This document shows, piece by piece, positions 34,923 through 44,682 of a stretch of DNA of 64,000 bases. The translations under genes and the position numbers were made by a program. Below the pieces are notes generated by a model. It made no database searches, had not been told where the DNA came from, and was given only the letters and a program-made list of their open reading frames with translations. Position 1 is the first letter of the stretch. Each line of letters begins with the position of its first letter. This DNA comes from a virus, in IMG/VR virus record IMGVR_UViG_3300025070_000024, positions 1-64,000 of that record. One strand, written 5' to 3'.

Positions 34923-37013
34923 TTAGACAGACCGAAGTCCAAGTTTAGAAACCTTATCTCCGGAATCTAGTTTGATTCTTACATAGATGTGCGAAGCGTA
35001 CCCCCACCGGCTTGCACCTGCGTCAAGAGTAACTTCTCTATCAGTCTCGTTACCATCTAGCACATTAGCTGCGCCATCAGCAACACCCGCTGAAGGTACC
35101 CCTTCATCAGTAACTGCGCTTGATTTAGTGACATGGCAGCTCAACCATCCATTTGTTGCAGAAGCAGCAGTCTCAAGACTATAGTCAGTAGGAGCAGTGC
35201 TGGAATCAAATGTCTTTACTAAAATAGTATCAAATGTACCATTGACAAACAGCTTAATCTTCTGCGCAACATTGTTCGTATCAAGCGCAATCTTAAACGT
35301 AGCAAATTGAGAGCCACTTCTACCGCTTGTAGTATCCGGATTGTTTGTATCCGCAGGCAAGTAAGCGGTGTTACTGTAGTCTGTACCGCTCACGTGCTGA
35401 ACCCCGTCTGGCAACACCATAGCATCTTTTACATCCAAGTTTAAAGATCCGCTTTGATTGTTGCCAAACTGCCGGCTCCAATCTCCAAGCGCCCCACTAG
35501 GATCATTAGTATAGGTACTTCCACTAGGTTCTGCTACCCGAATGCCATCTGTAGATCCTACTCCGTTGGAGATGCTATCTTCCATAACCAAACTATCGCT
35601 TTCGCTCTGAGTGCGGTCGCTGAACTGCATTAAGTAAAAAGCAGTGCTGGTATTAAAGTCTTGGTTCGCTAAGTTACCATGCACCGACTTGAAGTCATAT
35701 CGCGGCCCGTTGCTACTGTCAGACAAGTCAGAAATAGCATTCAGGCTTTGAAGCGGTACATCTTTACCAAAGGTGTAATCTGCAAGTCCTGGCGCGACAG
35801 ACGTGTTGCTTGTTACATCAGGGTGATCTGTGTAGGCAAGGGAGGTGCCTGCAGCAAAGCATCCATGACTATTACCTACCGCCCAGTTAAAGTCTGTAGC
35901 GTTATTAGTGGTTGCTCCGTAAATCTTGGCGTCTGACGGTACTATGTCTACAACCGTGCAGGTAATATTCATAGTAAAGTCATTATTACCGCAGTATTTA
36001 ATACCACTGCTGTAGTAATACGCTGCTCCAGAACCGGGAGTAAGGGTGCTTGACATCACCTTACCCTCATTTGACTCGCTGCTAATAGCAATGCTATTTA
36101 CAGAGTTAGACTCTTGATACCACAGCTTGTCGATGTTTGTAGTACCGTCTTCGGTAATTCGAAGTCTGTGGTAACCTACACTAAAGCTGGTTCCTGTATA
36201 GCTCCAAGCCAAACTTGTAACACCGGTGTAGAAATCCTCACCACTACCCGACGTAGGAAACCCTTCAGTCACCTTAGTCAGCGTCAAGTCTGACGTGGTA
36301 ACAGTATCATCTGAATCGTCTGCAGCAAGGGTAGCAGTCACATCATCTAAACTATCTTTAGTCAGCTTAGCTTGGTACTGAACGTTCTTAAGATCTGCAG
36401 TAGGTGAAGTAAGCACAGTTTGGCTTAAAGCAGTATTACCGTTCCTCCAGTTTACTATGTCTCCTGCGCTAAGACTACCAAGCCCATTTACGGTGTGCGC
36501 AGTGTTTGTTACTCTGTTCTGGTTCGTGCTGGGAGTACTAACCACCCACTCGCTATTAGCTCCTGCTACTTGAGTAGCAAAGGTCTGTGGCGCTGTTGGA
36601 ACTAAAGCACCCAACGTTTCATTCAGCTGATCAATAGCATCTACAATTAACGTATTTGCAGTAAACGATGCGATTGCAGGACTATTGTCTATTAAGGTAC
36701 CGGAAGAAGGACTACCTAAAGTAGTGCTTCCCGCAGGAATCCAGTTTGTGCCTGCAGGATGGCCCCACTCATTACCAGAGTCGTTATTGCCGGTAATGAT
36801 GCTATTACCTGTCCCTTTAAAGATGTAGACCTTGCCAGTATCTTTTGCAACAACGATAGACCCCGTACGTCGGGCATTTACCGGGATTGCAATGAGATGA
36901 TCATTTGCAAAGTCGTCTACAATATGCACTCCTGCAACATTATCCCCGACCACATCCACAATCGGGTATGCGGTGTTTTGATTTTCAATTGTATCACCAA
37001 ATTTAATTGCCAT
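34923..37013 (-). CDS. Tail fibre/spike protein, 696 aa
   Basis: Ser/Thr/Asn-rich beta composition, DAIDQLNETL coiled segment, located in the tail module. Confidence 0.65.
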   Translation of the reverse strand: MAIKFGDTIENQNTAYPIVDVVGDNVAGVHIVDDFANDHLIAIPVNARRTGSIVVAKDTGKVYIFKGTGNSIITGNNDSGNEWGHPAGTNWIPAGSTTLGSPSSGTLIDNSPAIASFTANTLIVDAIDQLNETLGALVPTAPQTFATQVAGANSEWVVSTPSTNQNRVTNTAHTVNGLGSLSAGDIVNWRNGNTALSQTVLTSPTADLKNVQYQAKLTKDSLDDVTATLAADDSDDTVTTSDLTLTKVTEGFPTSGSGEDFYTGVTSLAWSYTGTSFSVGYHRLRITEDGTTNIDKLWYQESNSVNSIAISSESNEGKVMSSTLTPGSGAAYYYSSGIKYCGNNDFTMNITCTVVDIVPSDAKIYGATTNNATDFNWAVGNSHGCFAAGTSLAYTDHPDVTSNTSVAPGLADYTFGKDVPLQSLNAISDLSDSSNGPRYDFKSVHGNLANQDFNTSTAFYLMQFSDRTQSESDSLVMEDSISNGVGSTDGIRVAEPSGSTYTNDPSGALGDWSRQFGNNQSGSLNLDVKDAMVLPDGVQHVSGTDYSNTAYLPADTNNPDTTSGRSGSQFATFKIALDTNNVAQKIKLFVNGTFDTILVKTFDSSTAPTDYSLETAASATNGWLSCHVTKSSAVTDEGVPSAGVADGAANVLDGNETDREVTLDAGASRWGYASHIYVRIKLDSGDKVSKLGLRSV

Positions 37014-37016
37014 AGC

Positions 37017-38051
37017 TTATGTAGTAAGAGTGATTGTTAAATCGATATCGTCATCAAATGCTCCGGTCTGGATAGACCTATAAACATTGTAATTTCTTGT
37101 GGCAGTTCCTGCTGTTTGGTTAAACCCACTTCCACCGTTGTCGTATAAGACAAAGCTATCAGTGTAATCGGCAACCCCTAAGCCGCTAGTAGTAGCAGCT
37201 ATTTCTGTAGCTGTAAAGATACTCGGAATAATTAAGTAAGTGTACTTAGTAGTATCCGCAGTATTACTGCTGCAAGCAAAGGTAATAGTTTGCGATGGCT
37301 CATTAGGGTCAGCGTCCAAAAGTGTTCTCACTTGGTTGCCTGTGCTAATAAGGGATGCTATATCGCTAACTGTTGCGCTAGTGTTCGCGTAGACATATAC
37401 AGGATGCCTGTAAATAATCTTAGTCTGTTTTGTAATCGGAACTAAGGAACCCGTGCCATCTGTTAGATAACCTAAGGTGTGCGTGACTGTGTACTGCAGT
37501 CCATTGCTAGTTAAAGCACTGCCAGAAGGTGTTATATGGTTGCCTGTAGAAGCATTGTATGGGCTTGAAATATTAGACCAGTTAGGAGTACTGTCAATCA
37601 AAGAAGTTCCCTGATTGTAGTTGTAGGTAACCTCTAGTCCTGCAGTACTGTCTAGGTTTCCAATATTTGAAATAGTATAAATAAAGCCTCCAATAACTCT
37701 GTTGTCAAGACCAGTCTGCACAACATAGTTTTCTCCTTCGATTATATCAGGGAAGTTGGTTGACGACGGAATAACAGATACAATAACTGGCTCTAAGAAT
37801 GGAGCTAGCAGGTCTTGAATAATCGTTTCTAAGTTCGTTCCTGCGCTGTATGTAGTTACACCCGCAATAGCATCACCAATAGAGTTGGTGACAACCAAAT
37901 CAGAACCTAATTCAAACGAAGATGCAGAACCGCTAGAGCCAGCACTAACAGAAAGAGATAACCGATTCTCACTAATAGTAACGGTGTTATTACTTTCTGT
38001 AATTTTAACCACATTAGCTATAGGCTGCGTTATGATGATTTTGTTTGCCAT
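37017..38051 (-). CDS. Tail-associated structural protein
   Basis: Beta-rich ORF in the tail module, coupled to the upstream gene. Confidence 0.55.
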   Translation of the reverse strand: MANKIIITQPIANVVKITESNNTVTISENRLSLSVSAGSSGSASSFELGSDLVVTNSIGDAIAGVTTYSAGTNLETIIQDLLAPFLEPVIVSVIPSSTNFPDIIEGENYVVQTGLDNRVIGGFIYTISNIGNLDSTAGLEVTYNYNQGTSLIDSTPNWSNISSPYNASTGNHITPSGSALTSNGLQYTVTHTLGYLTDGTGSLVPITKQTKIIYRHPVYVYANTSATVSDIASLISTGNQVRTLLDADPNEPSQTITFACSSNTADTTKYTYLIIPSIFTATEIAATTSGLGVADYTDSFVLYDNGGSGFNQTAGTATRNYNVYRSIQTGAFDDDIDLTITLTT

Positions 38052-38434
38052 CACTCAGTAACCTGTGGCTTGACTTTGAATTTCCCTTCAATGATTCTTT
38101 CTACGGAAGAGTCACTGTGCACTAGTTCTAGGTCATACACTCCCTGGTTAAAGGTCATTGCATCAGTAGTACTCGAAGGAATAGTCAGAGTGAACTTGCC
38201 GATATCGTCTCCTGATTGTGTAGGAATATCGAAGTGAGCTAAATACCCTGTGTCTGCAGTATCGTTACTAGTAGCCCGATACACAAACTCCGTGTCTGTA
38301 ATATGGTCTTTTACAGCCATACGCACCCTAGCACCAGTTAAACTGATTCCTGCATTAGAACTGTTCTTATACACAAATGTGACCTCGTGCTGAGATCCCT
38401 GCTCTACTATGAAGTTGTATTTACCAGATGCCAT
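38051..38434 (-). CDS. BppU/LtfC-like Ig-fold tail adaptor protein
   Basis: YNFIVEQG...LTGARVRMAVK...GVYDLEL...RIIEGKFKVKPQVT. Confidence 0.7.
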   Translation of the reverse strand: MASGKYNFIVEQGSQHEVTFVYKNSSNAGISLTGARVRMAVKDHITDTEFVYRATSNDTADTGYLAHFDIPTQSGDDIGKFTLTIPSSTTDAMTFNQGVYDLELVHSDSSVERIIEGKFKVKPQVTE

Positions 38435-39660
38435 TACAATACATATTCAAAAACGTTTGGTTTGCCCCTACCGTTATTCTCAATAACTGTATAACCTGGA
38501 CTACTATTCCAACCATTACTCTCTGAGTAAAAGTTGCCTGTAAATAAAGGTGCTACAGCAATTTGGCGGTAGTTTGCTTGATCTACGAGTTTTTCTTCTA
38601 TAGTAGAGTATACTCTTTTTCCTTTGCGGGAATGCCAATGGCCTCCTAACATAACATTGTACATACCCTGCTTTCCATGCTCCCAAAAAGCCTTACCTAA
38701 ATCACCTTTAGATATGTTGTAATGATTGTGGGTAAGCAGGTAGAATATACCGTCTACTTCTATTCCTAAAAGTAAAGGATGATGCTCAATATTTAAAGCA
38801 GTGTTTTCTTGCAGCATATAAGCAAGAAGTGACGCCACAGAACCTTGAGGGTCTCCAGTTAGTTTTGGGCTTGTCCTGTCGTGGTTTCCACTAACTATAG
38901 CAACCCTGACGGCATTATTTAAACTGGTCAAAAAGCGTTTGAGGATCGTATACGCTGTAATCACTATGTGCGAACCGTATCCATCCTTTTCTAACTCTTT
39001 CCAAGTTGATTCGTGGTTAATACCAGTAAAGGATTCTATAAAATCTCCTAGCAAGCATACCGTAACCTTCTTGTATTTGTGAGTATTTACGTTAGTAGCA
39101 ACCTCTTGTAGTCGTGACACTACATCCTTAGTACTGAAGCTAGGGGTATTCCCTATAGCGTCTACTTGTGCACCTATGTGAAAGTCGCTAAGAACAAGCA
39201 CACACTCGTTTGTACCTGGTTGAGTGTAAATCTGAAAACCATCTACACTGGTATTCAAGTCCTCTTTGATTCTTGCCCAATCAACAGTTGACACTTTGGG
39301 CGTTAAGTGAACTTTTACCTGATAGAAGGTTTTAGAACCTGTTTTTGTCGGAGCATCCCAACTGTTACAGGTATAGCGTTCTACTTCCCAAACATTTAAG
39401 TCTACTTTAAAGTGCTTTATAGCTTTATCTAAAGAGTCTATTTGCTCCGGTCCCTTGTAGGTCAGTACAGCATCTTTAGAAGATAGTGATTTACCTGTAC
39501 AGGATTTAGGGCCGTTGCGTAACTCTCCTATTTTTCTACGTAAAGTTCGGTGACTTAAAGAAAGGGTATCATAATCTAGCAGAATAGTAGACGCAATCTC
39601 TGAATGAGATTTTTCTGAATACCTGTTACAGTAGTCGGCTATTATTTCTTCTAAGCTCAT
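38434..39660 (-). CDS. Calcineurin-like metallophosphoesterase with an N-terminal helical/HTH-like domain
   Basis: All five metallophosphoesterase motifs are present: SDFHIG, LGDFIE, SGNHDR, LTHNH and GGHWH. Confidence 0.85.
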   Translation of the reverse strand: MSLEEIIADYCNRYSEKSHSEIASTILLDYDTLSLSHRTLRRKIGELRNGPKSCTGKSLSSKDAVLTYKGPEQIDSLDKAIKHFKVDLNVWEVERYTCNSWDAPTKTGSKTFYQVKVHLTPKVSTVDWARIKEDLNTSVDGFQIYTQPGTNECVLVLSDFHIGAQVDAIGNTPSFSTKDVVSRLQEVATNVNTHKYKKVTVCLLGDFIESFTGINHESTWKELEKDGYGSHIVITAYTILKRFLTSLNNAVRVAIVSGNHDRTSPKLTGDPQGSVASLLAYMLQENTALNIEHHPLLLGIEVDGIFYLLTHNHYNISKGDLGKAFWEHGKQGMYNVMLGGHWHSRKGKRVYSTIEEKLVDQANYRQIAVAPLFTGNFYSESNGWNSSPGYTVIENNGRGKPNVFEYVL

Positions 39661-41360
39661 GCTTCAGAAATACTATACCTTATTTTGATTCGGTCTACAG
39701 GAAGAGTAGACCACAATATATTATTCCTAGCAAAAGTCCAAGAACCTGTACCTAGAGAAGACGACGTTGCTGTAGTAATGAAATTAGTTTGATTCAGTTC
39801 TAGCGTAGGGAACAGATCAATTTCGTAGTCTGAAGCTGTAATGCCTTCATTAGCAGTAAACGTAATCGTTATTGTCTCTGCAGCATCGTCTGGATCCCAA
39901 TGGTTAGGGGACACTGACAAGGATCCAACAGTAGCTAAATCCACCGGGGTGTCAGATACAGCTTCAAAATATATAAGATTACTTACTCGTTGGGATACCC
40001 AGCTAGTTTTAAAATACAAATCTCTGTCTACAGTAGCAGGTAGTGTTACTGCAGTAGAACTCATAAATCCACCGTTGTCAGGTACAGAAATGGAAATGGT
40101 TTCGCTGACTTCAGGAACCCCACTAAAATCTGAAGATGTGTAACCCTCTACCTTAATGGTGCTGTTATATACCTGAGAATACAGGCTGTAATAGATAAAG
40201 CCGGATGACGCAGGCTCATTCAACCGGAAGTTTACTACGTCAGACGGCTCAAAATCTACAGTAGTAGTAGTAGTACTATTAACCCAAACACTTGCTGCAG
40301 AAAGAGTAGCGGTTTGATTCGATGTAGGTAGAGTAAGAGTATTCTTTGCCTCTAGGACATAAAATACCAATGCTACTGTACTATCAAAGTCGTCAGACAG
40401 ATTGACGCTAGAAACATATGTGCCATTTGCTTGAAGCGAAGTAAAGTCTAGACTGTGTGTAGAGACAGTGGAGCCATTTGACACCAGAACCTTTGCAGTA
40501 AGATCTGCTAATCCTTTCTTTTGCCCAGAATAGCTAGGGCCACTGCTAAGTGTTTGGAAGCTGTAATCAGTGGTTACAGGGGATATAGAAAACCCTACTT
40601 GATTATTAGGAATGAGCGGATTGTACTCAGATGTGTATAGCGTAACATTCAAGTGTTTAGCCGCACCTAAGCGAAAATCATAGGTTCTCCCTTGGTGAAG
40701 CAGGGTGTCAGCAACCGCGAGAAGGCCATCATTATTTAAATCTCCTAATGGAACATCTGGGAATGTTGTAACCAACCCTACAGAATCAGATGACTCTAGA
40801 GTTCCTAACGAATATGGTGACTCGCTGTACCCTAGCTTAACGGCTTGAGTGATAGCACCAGCTAATGCTGTAGTCACGGTGATTACTCCTGAATATGTAT
40901 TCGGTATAGTAAAGGAGAAATCAGCATCATTATCCTCGGCATTTACTAAAACAATATTTGATGCAGAGTCTCCATATTGAGTGCTGATTACTGCATTAAC
41001 CTCATATCCTGTTATTGGAGATAAGTCAGAAACACCGATAACCTCAAACGTTATAGTTCCCCCAGGAGAATATGTTGCTGTAGTGTTTTGGTATGTAGTA
41101 AAATTACCATCATAGTACACCACATCGTAAGTGACGACAGGAGGGGTGTAGTCATCAAAGCCTGGATCTTCGGGGTCGTCTACATAGCCGTTTTTAGCTG
41201 TGTAGAGGAGGGTATTAATAAAGAAATCTTGCTTATCACAATCCCTATGCAGATCATACTCTGCCTTAGCAATATAGATTGCAGATGCGCCTGAGAAGTA
41301 CTCATCTAGAGCAACATTCAGGTCTGTAGTAGTATCGTAGTCAGCAGGTAAGAAAAACAT
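39657..41360 (-). CDS. Structural/tail protein with a dockerin-like motif
   Basis: The ATG at 41360 overlaps the upstream stop (TAATG). Beta-rich, contains GDLNNDGLLAVAD. Confidence 0.55.
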   Translation of the reverse strand: MFFLPADYDTTTDLNVALDEYFSGASAIYIAKAEYDLHRDCDKQDFFINTLLYTAKNGYVDDPEDPGFDDYTPPVVTYDVVYYDGNFTTYQNTTATYSPGGTITFEVIGVSDLSPITGYEVNAVISTQYGDSASNIVLVNAEDNDADFSFTIPNTYSGVITVTTALAGAITQAVKLGYSESPYSLGTLESSDSVGLVTTFPDVPLGDLNNDGLLAVADTLLHQGRTYDFRLGAAKHLNVTLYTSEYNPLIPNNQVGFSISPVTTDYSFQTLSSGPSYSGQKKGLADLTAKVLVSNGSTVSTHSLDFTSLQANGTYVSSVNLSDDFDSTVALVFYVLEAKNTLTLPTSNQTATLSAASVWVNSTTTTTVDFEPSDVVNFRLNEPASSGFIYYSLYSQVYNSTIKVEGYTSSDFSGVPEVSETISISVPDNGGFMSSTAVTLPATVDRDLYFKTSWVSQRVSNLIYFEAVSDTPVDLATVGSLSVSPNHWDPDDAAETITITFTANEGITASDYEIDLFPTLELNQTNFITTATSSSLGTGSWTFARNNILWSTLPVDRIKIRYSISEA

Positions 41361-41959
41361 TAAGAACAGCCGCAAATACAGGTGCAAGAACTTCCGGTAC
41401 AGATGTTAGACATCAATGTGACTTTTCGTTCTGCTGCTGTATAACGGGCTGCATTAACATCAAGTTGTGCACCTGTTCTAAGTGACACTAGCTCTTGCAG
41501 TGTCTGTAATTGCTGGGTCTCTTTACACTTATCGCATGAACTAGCTAAATAAGTGTCGAGCTTGGTAGAGATGCACGTATCTATAGTAGCTAAGTACAAA
41601 GTGTACTCGTCAAAACTATAGGTAGTGCCTCCAAATGAGTAGTCAACTTGAAAACGATAAAGACCGTCCGGAAACGTACTGGTAGTTATCGAGGGAACTT
41701 TGGACGGAGTAATCTCTAACGGATTACCCCAAGGTTGGGCTAGAACATAATTGTATCCTGCATTAGATACAATCGCTTGTTCCTCAGCAGCATTTGCTCC
41801 TGTAGAAGTGTCTAACAGAGTTTCTTCCTCAGGAACAGTATGTCGACTTGGAGTATTGACCTTAAGAAGTAAATCTTCACGTGCCGTGGCGTTAGGGGTG
41901 TGATCCTGTAATTGGAACACACCCCCGACAACCTTAATTCTCCAATATCCTGTAGCCAT
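41360..41959 (-). CDS. Tail hub-like structural protein with a Cys-rich C-terminus
   Basis: FPDGLY motif, C...CDKC and terminal CTCICGCS. Position matches crAss-like tail hub genes. Confidence 0.5.
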   Translation of the reverse strand: MATGYWRIKVVGGVFQLQDHTPNATAREDLLLKVNTPSRHTVPEEETLLDTSTGANAAEEQAIVSNAGYNYVLAQPWGNPLEITPSKVPSITTSTFPDGLYRFQVDYSFGGTTYSFDEYTLYLATIDTCISTKLDTYLASSCDKCKETQQLQTLQELVSLRTGAQLDVNAARYTAAERKVTLMSNICTGSSCTCICGCS

Positions 41960-41969
41960 AGTTTAAGGC

Positions 41970-42779
41970 TTATGCCAAGAAGGTATCCAACGTACCGTTC
42001 AAAGTAGTGTTAGAAGCAAGGGTATACAAAACAATCTCGTGAATGTCTGTACGGTCCCCATGCGTCTGCTCTACAAACAAACAAGTCCGATCGTATGTAT
42101 AGGCTCCAGTAACAACTGCAGGCTTTACTACGTTGGGTCCAGCAATGTTAGTCACACCTTGAATAGGAAGAGCAGCTTGAACTTCGGCATTTACATCAGC
42201 TGCAGTACCAATAGTAAACTCAGCTGGAGTAGCGTTAGTAACAGCACTAGATGCATCATTAGCTGCACCTCGCATATTAACGTTCAAAGGCATTGTGATT
42301 TGAATCACAGTAGTAGCACCACCCTTCTCAGCAGCTTCAACATCTTTGAAGATATCACGCTTAGAAGCATTGATGGCAATAACTAACTGATCAACAGCAG
42401 CAGCGTCATTAGCTGCTCCTACTGCTTCAAAAGTCGCAATAGTAAACTTCTCACGGCCTTCAGTAACATTAATCAGCTTAATGTATGCAGAACCATCAGC
42501 TTCAATCTTAGGAGTAACCTCCAGGATTTGCTGAGTGCCATTATTGTGATCTTCAATTGTAGATGATTTTACATCTGCTCCTTTAAAAAGCAAAGAGCTT
42601 CCTTCACCAGTTTGAAACTGAAAAGTTTTAGCTGCAGAATCAGCAGCATTAATAGCAGGCCATGGTGCACTGCTAACAGTAGCAGTACCATCAACAAAAG
42701 CGACAAGTTTACCGGGATCTACAGTTGTAGCAGTGGCGGCGGCGTCATTAGAGACGAGAACAGTCTTAGTATGAGACAT
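41970..42779 (-). CDS. Capsid decoration/auxiliary structural protein
   Basis: Ala/Thr-rich, downstream of ring protein 1, resembles the neighbouring 392-aa gene. Confidence 0.55.
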   Translation of the reverse strand: MSHTKTVLVSNDAAATATTVDPGKLVAFVDGTATVSSAPWPAINAADSAAKTFQFQTGEGSSLLFKGADVKSSTIEDHNNGTQQILEVTPKIEADGSAYIKLINVTEGREKFTIATFEAVGAANDAAAVDQLVIAINASKRDIFKDVEAAEKGGATTVIQITMPLNVNMRGAANDASSAVTNATPAEFTIGTAADVNAEVQAALPIQGVTNIAGPNVVKPAVVTGAYTYDRTCLFVEQTHGDRTDIHEIVLYTLASNTTLNGTLDTFLA

Positions 42780-42811
42780 TTGTATGTATTAAAGAATTAG
42801 AGAATTGTCAA

Positions 42812-43990
42812 TTATGCGACTGTTGCTGCAGTATCTGTAGCTGCAGTTGATACGTTACCAGAAGTATCTGTAATAGTGGCGGTCGCAGTAAGCGTTACAG
42901 ACGCAGCATAGCTATCGGCGGTTACGCCAGTATTTATTACACGAGCAGTAGTCGCATCAACAGCTACATTAATAGTAACATCTGCTTCTGAACCACTGCT
43001 GCTCAGTACAATTGTACCGTTAGCTGCATCAGAGGCAAATGAGCCAGCAAGCGATACGAAGATTGCATCTGCATCACTAACATCATAAGTACTAGCAGAA
43101 GTCCCTTCCGCATCACTTGCAAATGCAACTGAAGTAAACGCGGCCGGAGCAGTTAAGTCAACCACTGCACTGCCGAACATCTCTTCTAGCACCTCAAGTA
43201 AGTTGCTGTCACCTTCGTCATCAGCAATACAGATCCGCACGACTTCGTTCACTTTGCGGCGATTTGGAAGTGATTTTTCAATTTCGACAGTATAGATGCT
43301 GTAGTCAAGCCCTGTGCCAGTAGCAGAAGCAGGCACTACAATTGGAAACTCGTATTGATTGTAAGCACCCGCACTGATATATGCACGAGTCTCCAAATCA
43401 ATGACATTTGATTGTTGGCCTAAGCGCCCATTGTTATCGCCAGAGACACTAACAGTTAAAGCGTCGTCACCAGTTACAACTACATCGCTTCCACGAGGAG
43501 TCACTGTGATAGCAACGTCTGATCCACTAACAGCCATTGTTACGTTCTTAAAACGCTCTGTATCAGAACGTCCTGCGAAGTTGGCTACTATTTCGGTAGC
43601 GTTTTTGCCTGTCACGCCTAAAACATCGTATAACTCTACGCCGTTTTTTGCTTCTAAACGAATAGAGTTCATGGATGCCACGATATTACCTACTGTAATA
43701 ACTTGATTAGTACCGGCATTTGGCTGAGAGAACTTGATATTTTTAATATCACTCCGCAAAAACTCTGTACTACTTAACGTGGCTAAACTTCCATCAGGTT
43801 GAGTATGAGCAGCAGTAAGCTTGATAAGACCATTTAAGGCTCCAGAAGAGTTACCAGCAATAACAGCTCCATCATGCTGCACAAATAGCTTCCCATCAGT
43901 AGCCGCATTTGCAACACTTGTGGCTAAGCAGTTTGCTGCAGTAGAGTCGATGTCGCCGCGTACAACAAGAGTAGTTTCAGTAAAACTCAT
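42812..43990 (-). CDS. Capsid decoration/auxiliary structural protein with a C-terminal Ig-like extension
   Basis: Position in the capsid module. The C-terminal DLTAPAAF...TATATITDTSGNVS segment has an Ig/Big-like pattern. Confidence 0.55.
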   Translation of the reverse strand: MSFTETTLVVRGDIDSTAANCLATSVANAATDGKLFVQHDGAVIAGNSSGALNGLIKLTAAHTQPDGSLATLSSTEFLRSDIKNIKFSQPNAGTNQVITVGNIVASMNSIRLEAKNGVELYDVLGVTGKNATEIVANFAGRSDTERFKNVTMAVSGSDVAITVTPRGSDVVVTGDDALTVSVSGDNNGRLGQQSNVIDLETRAYISAGAYNQYEFPIVVPASATGTGLDYSIYTVEIEKSLPNRRKVNEVVRICIADDEGDSNLLEVLEEMFGSAVVDLTAPAAFTSVAFASDAEGTSASTYDVSDADAIFVSLAGSFASDAANGTIVLSSSGSEADVTINVAVDATTARVINTGVTADSYAASVTLTATATITDTSGNVSTAATDTAATVA

Positions 43991-44682
43991 TATTCAGATT
44001 TTGATTGTTCAATCGAATTTGTTTGGTATCTAGGAGACTCAATAGCCTCTATAATATTCTTTACTGCTAGGTCCACAATCTCTTGGTGAGTGTGGGTTGC
44101 AAGCTCGCAATCTAGGGACGAAGATAGGTTAATCTGTACCGGATTGCGAATATAGTCGACGAATACCGTTTTTAATATATACTTTTCGCCATCCTGGAAG
44201 ACTCTTATTTCGTCATCATGGATGAATCCAGAAGGTGCTACTTTGCTGGGTTTGGCGAAAGGATTCTCTATATGAGAATACATTTGATCTTGCTCTACTA
44301 TACGAAGTTCCCGCTTAACTAAACTATCTGACGTGCTAACTGCAGTCTTACAATTATTAGTATGAAACTCTATTCTAGCATTGATTAAAAACATGTAGTC
44401 TACCGGAAGGTCGAAGTTCACAAACTCCAAAGCAGAGTTTGGAACAACGCCATCCGTGTAGTCTACCGTAATAACTAAGCGCAGGTCATCAACACGTTTT
44501 TGCAACTTGCTGAATCCGAGCTTTTTGCTATCAAATACAGGTGCCAAGCGATGCTTTATATATCGATCCTGAGCGCGGTTTAACCAAAAGTCAACCTCTT
44601 CAGGAAGGAAGTAATCGTAAACTGAGGATGCTACCTTTTGCAATCCCTGGTCTACGGCATAGTGCATCTCTTGTACAGTCAT
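43990..44682 (-). CDS. Head-tail ring protein 1 (portal-proximal adaptor)
   Basis: MTVQEMH...FLPEEVDFWLNRAQ...KRVDDLR...LPVDYMF...YIRNP...CEL...HQEIVDLAV matches a conserved crAss-like structural family. Confidence 0.75.
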   Translation of the reverse strand: MTVQEMHYAVDQGLQKVASSVYDYFLPEEVDFWLNRAQDRYIKHRLAPVFDSKKLGFSKLQKRVDDLRLVITVDYTDGVVPNSALEFVNFDLPVDYMFLINARIEFHTNNCKTAVSTSDSLVKRELRIVEQDQMYSHIENPFAKPSKVAPSGFIHDDEIRVFQDGEKYILKTVFVDYIRNPVQINLSSSLDCELATHTHQEIVDLAVKNIIEAIESPRYQTNSIEQSKSE

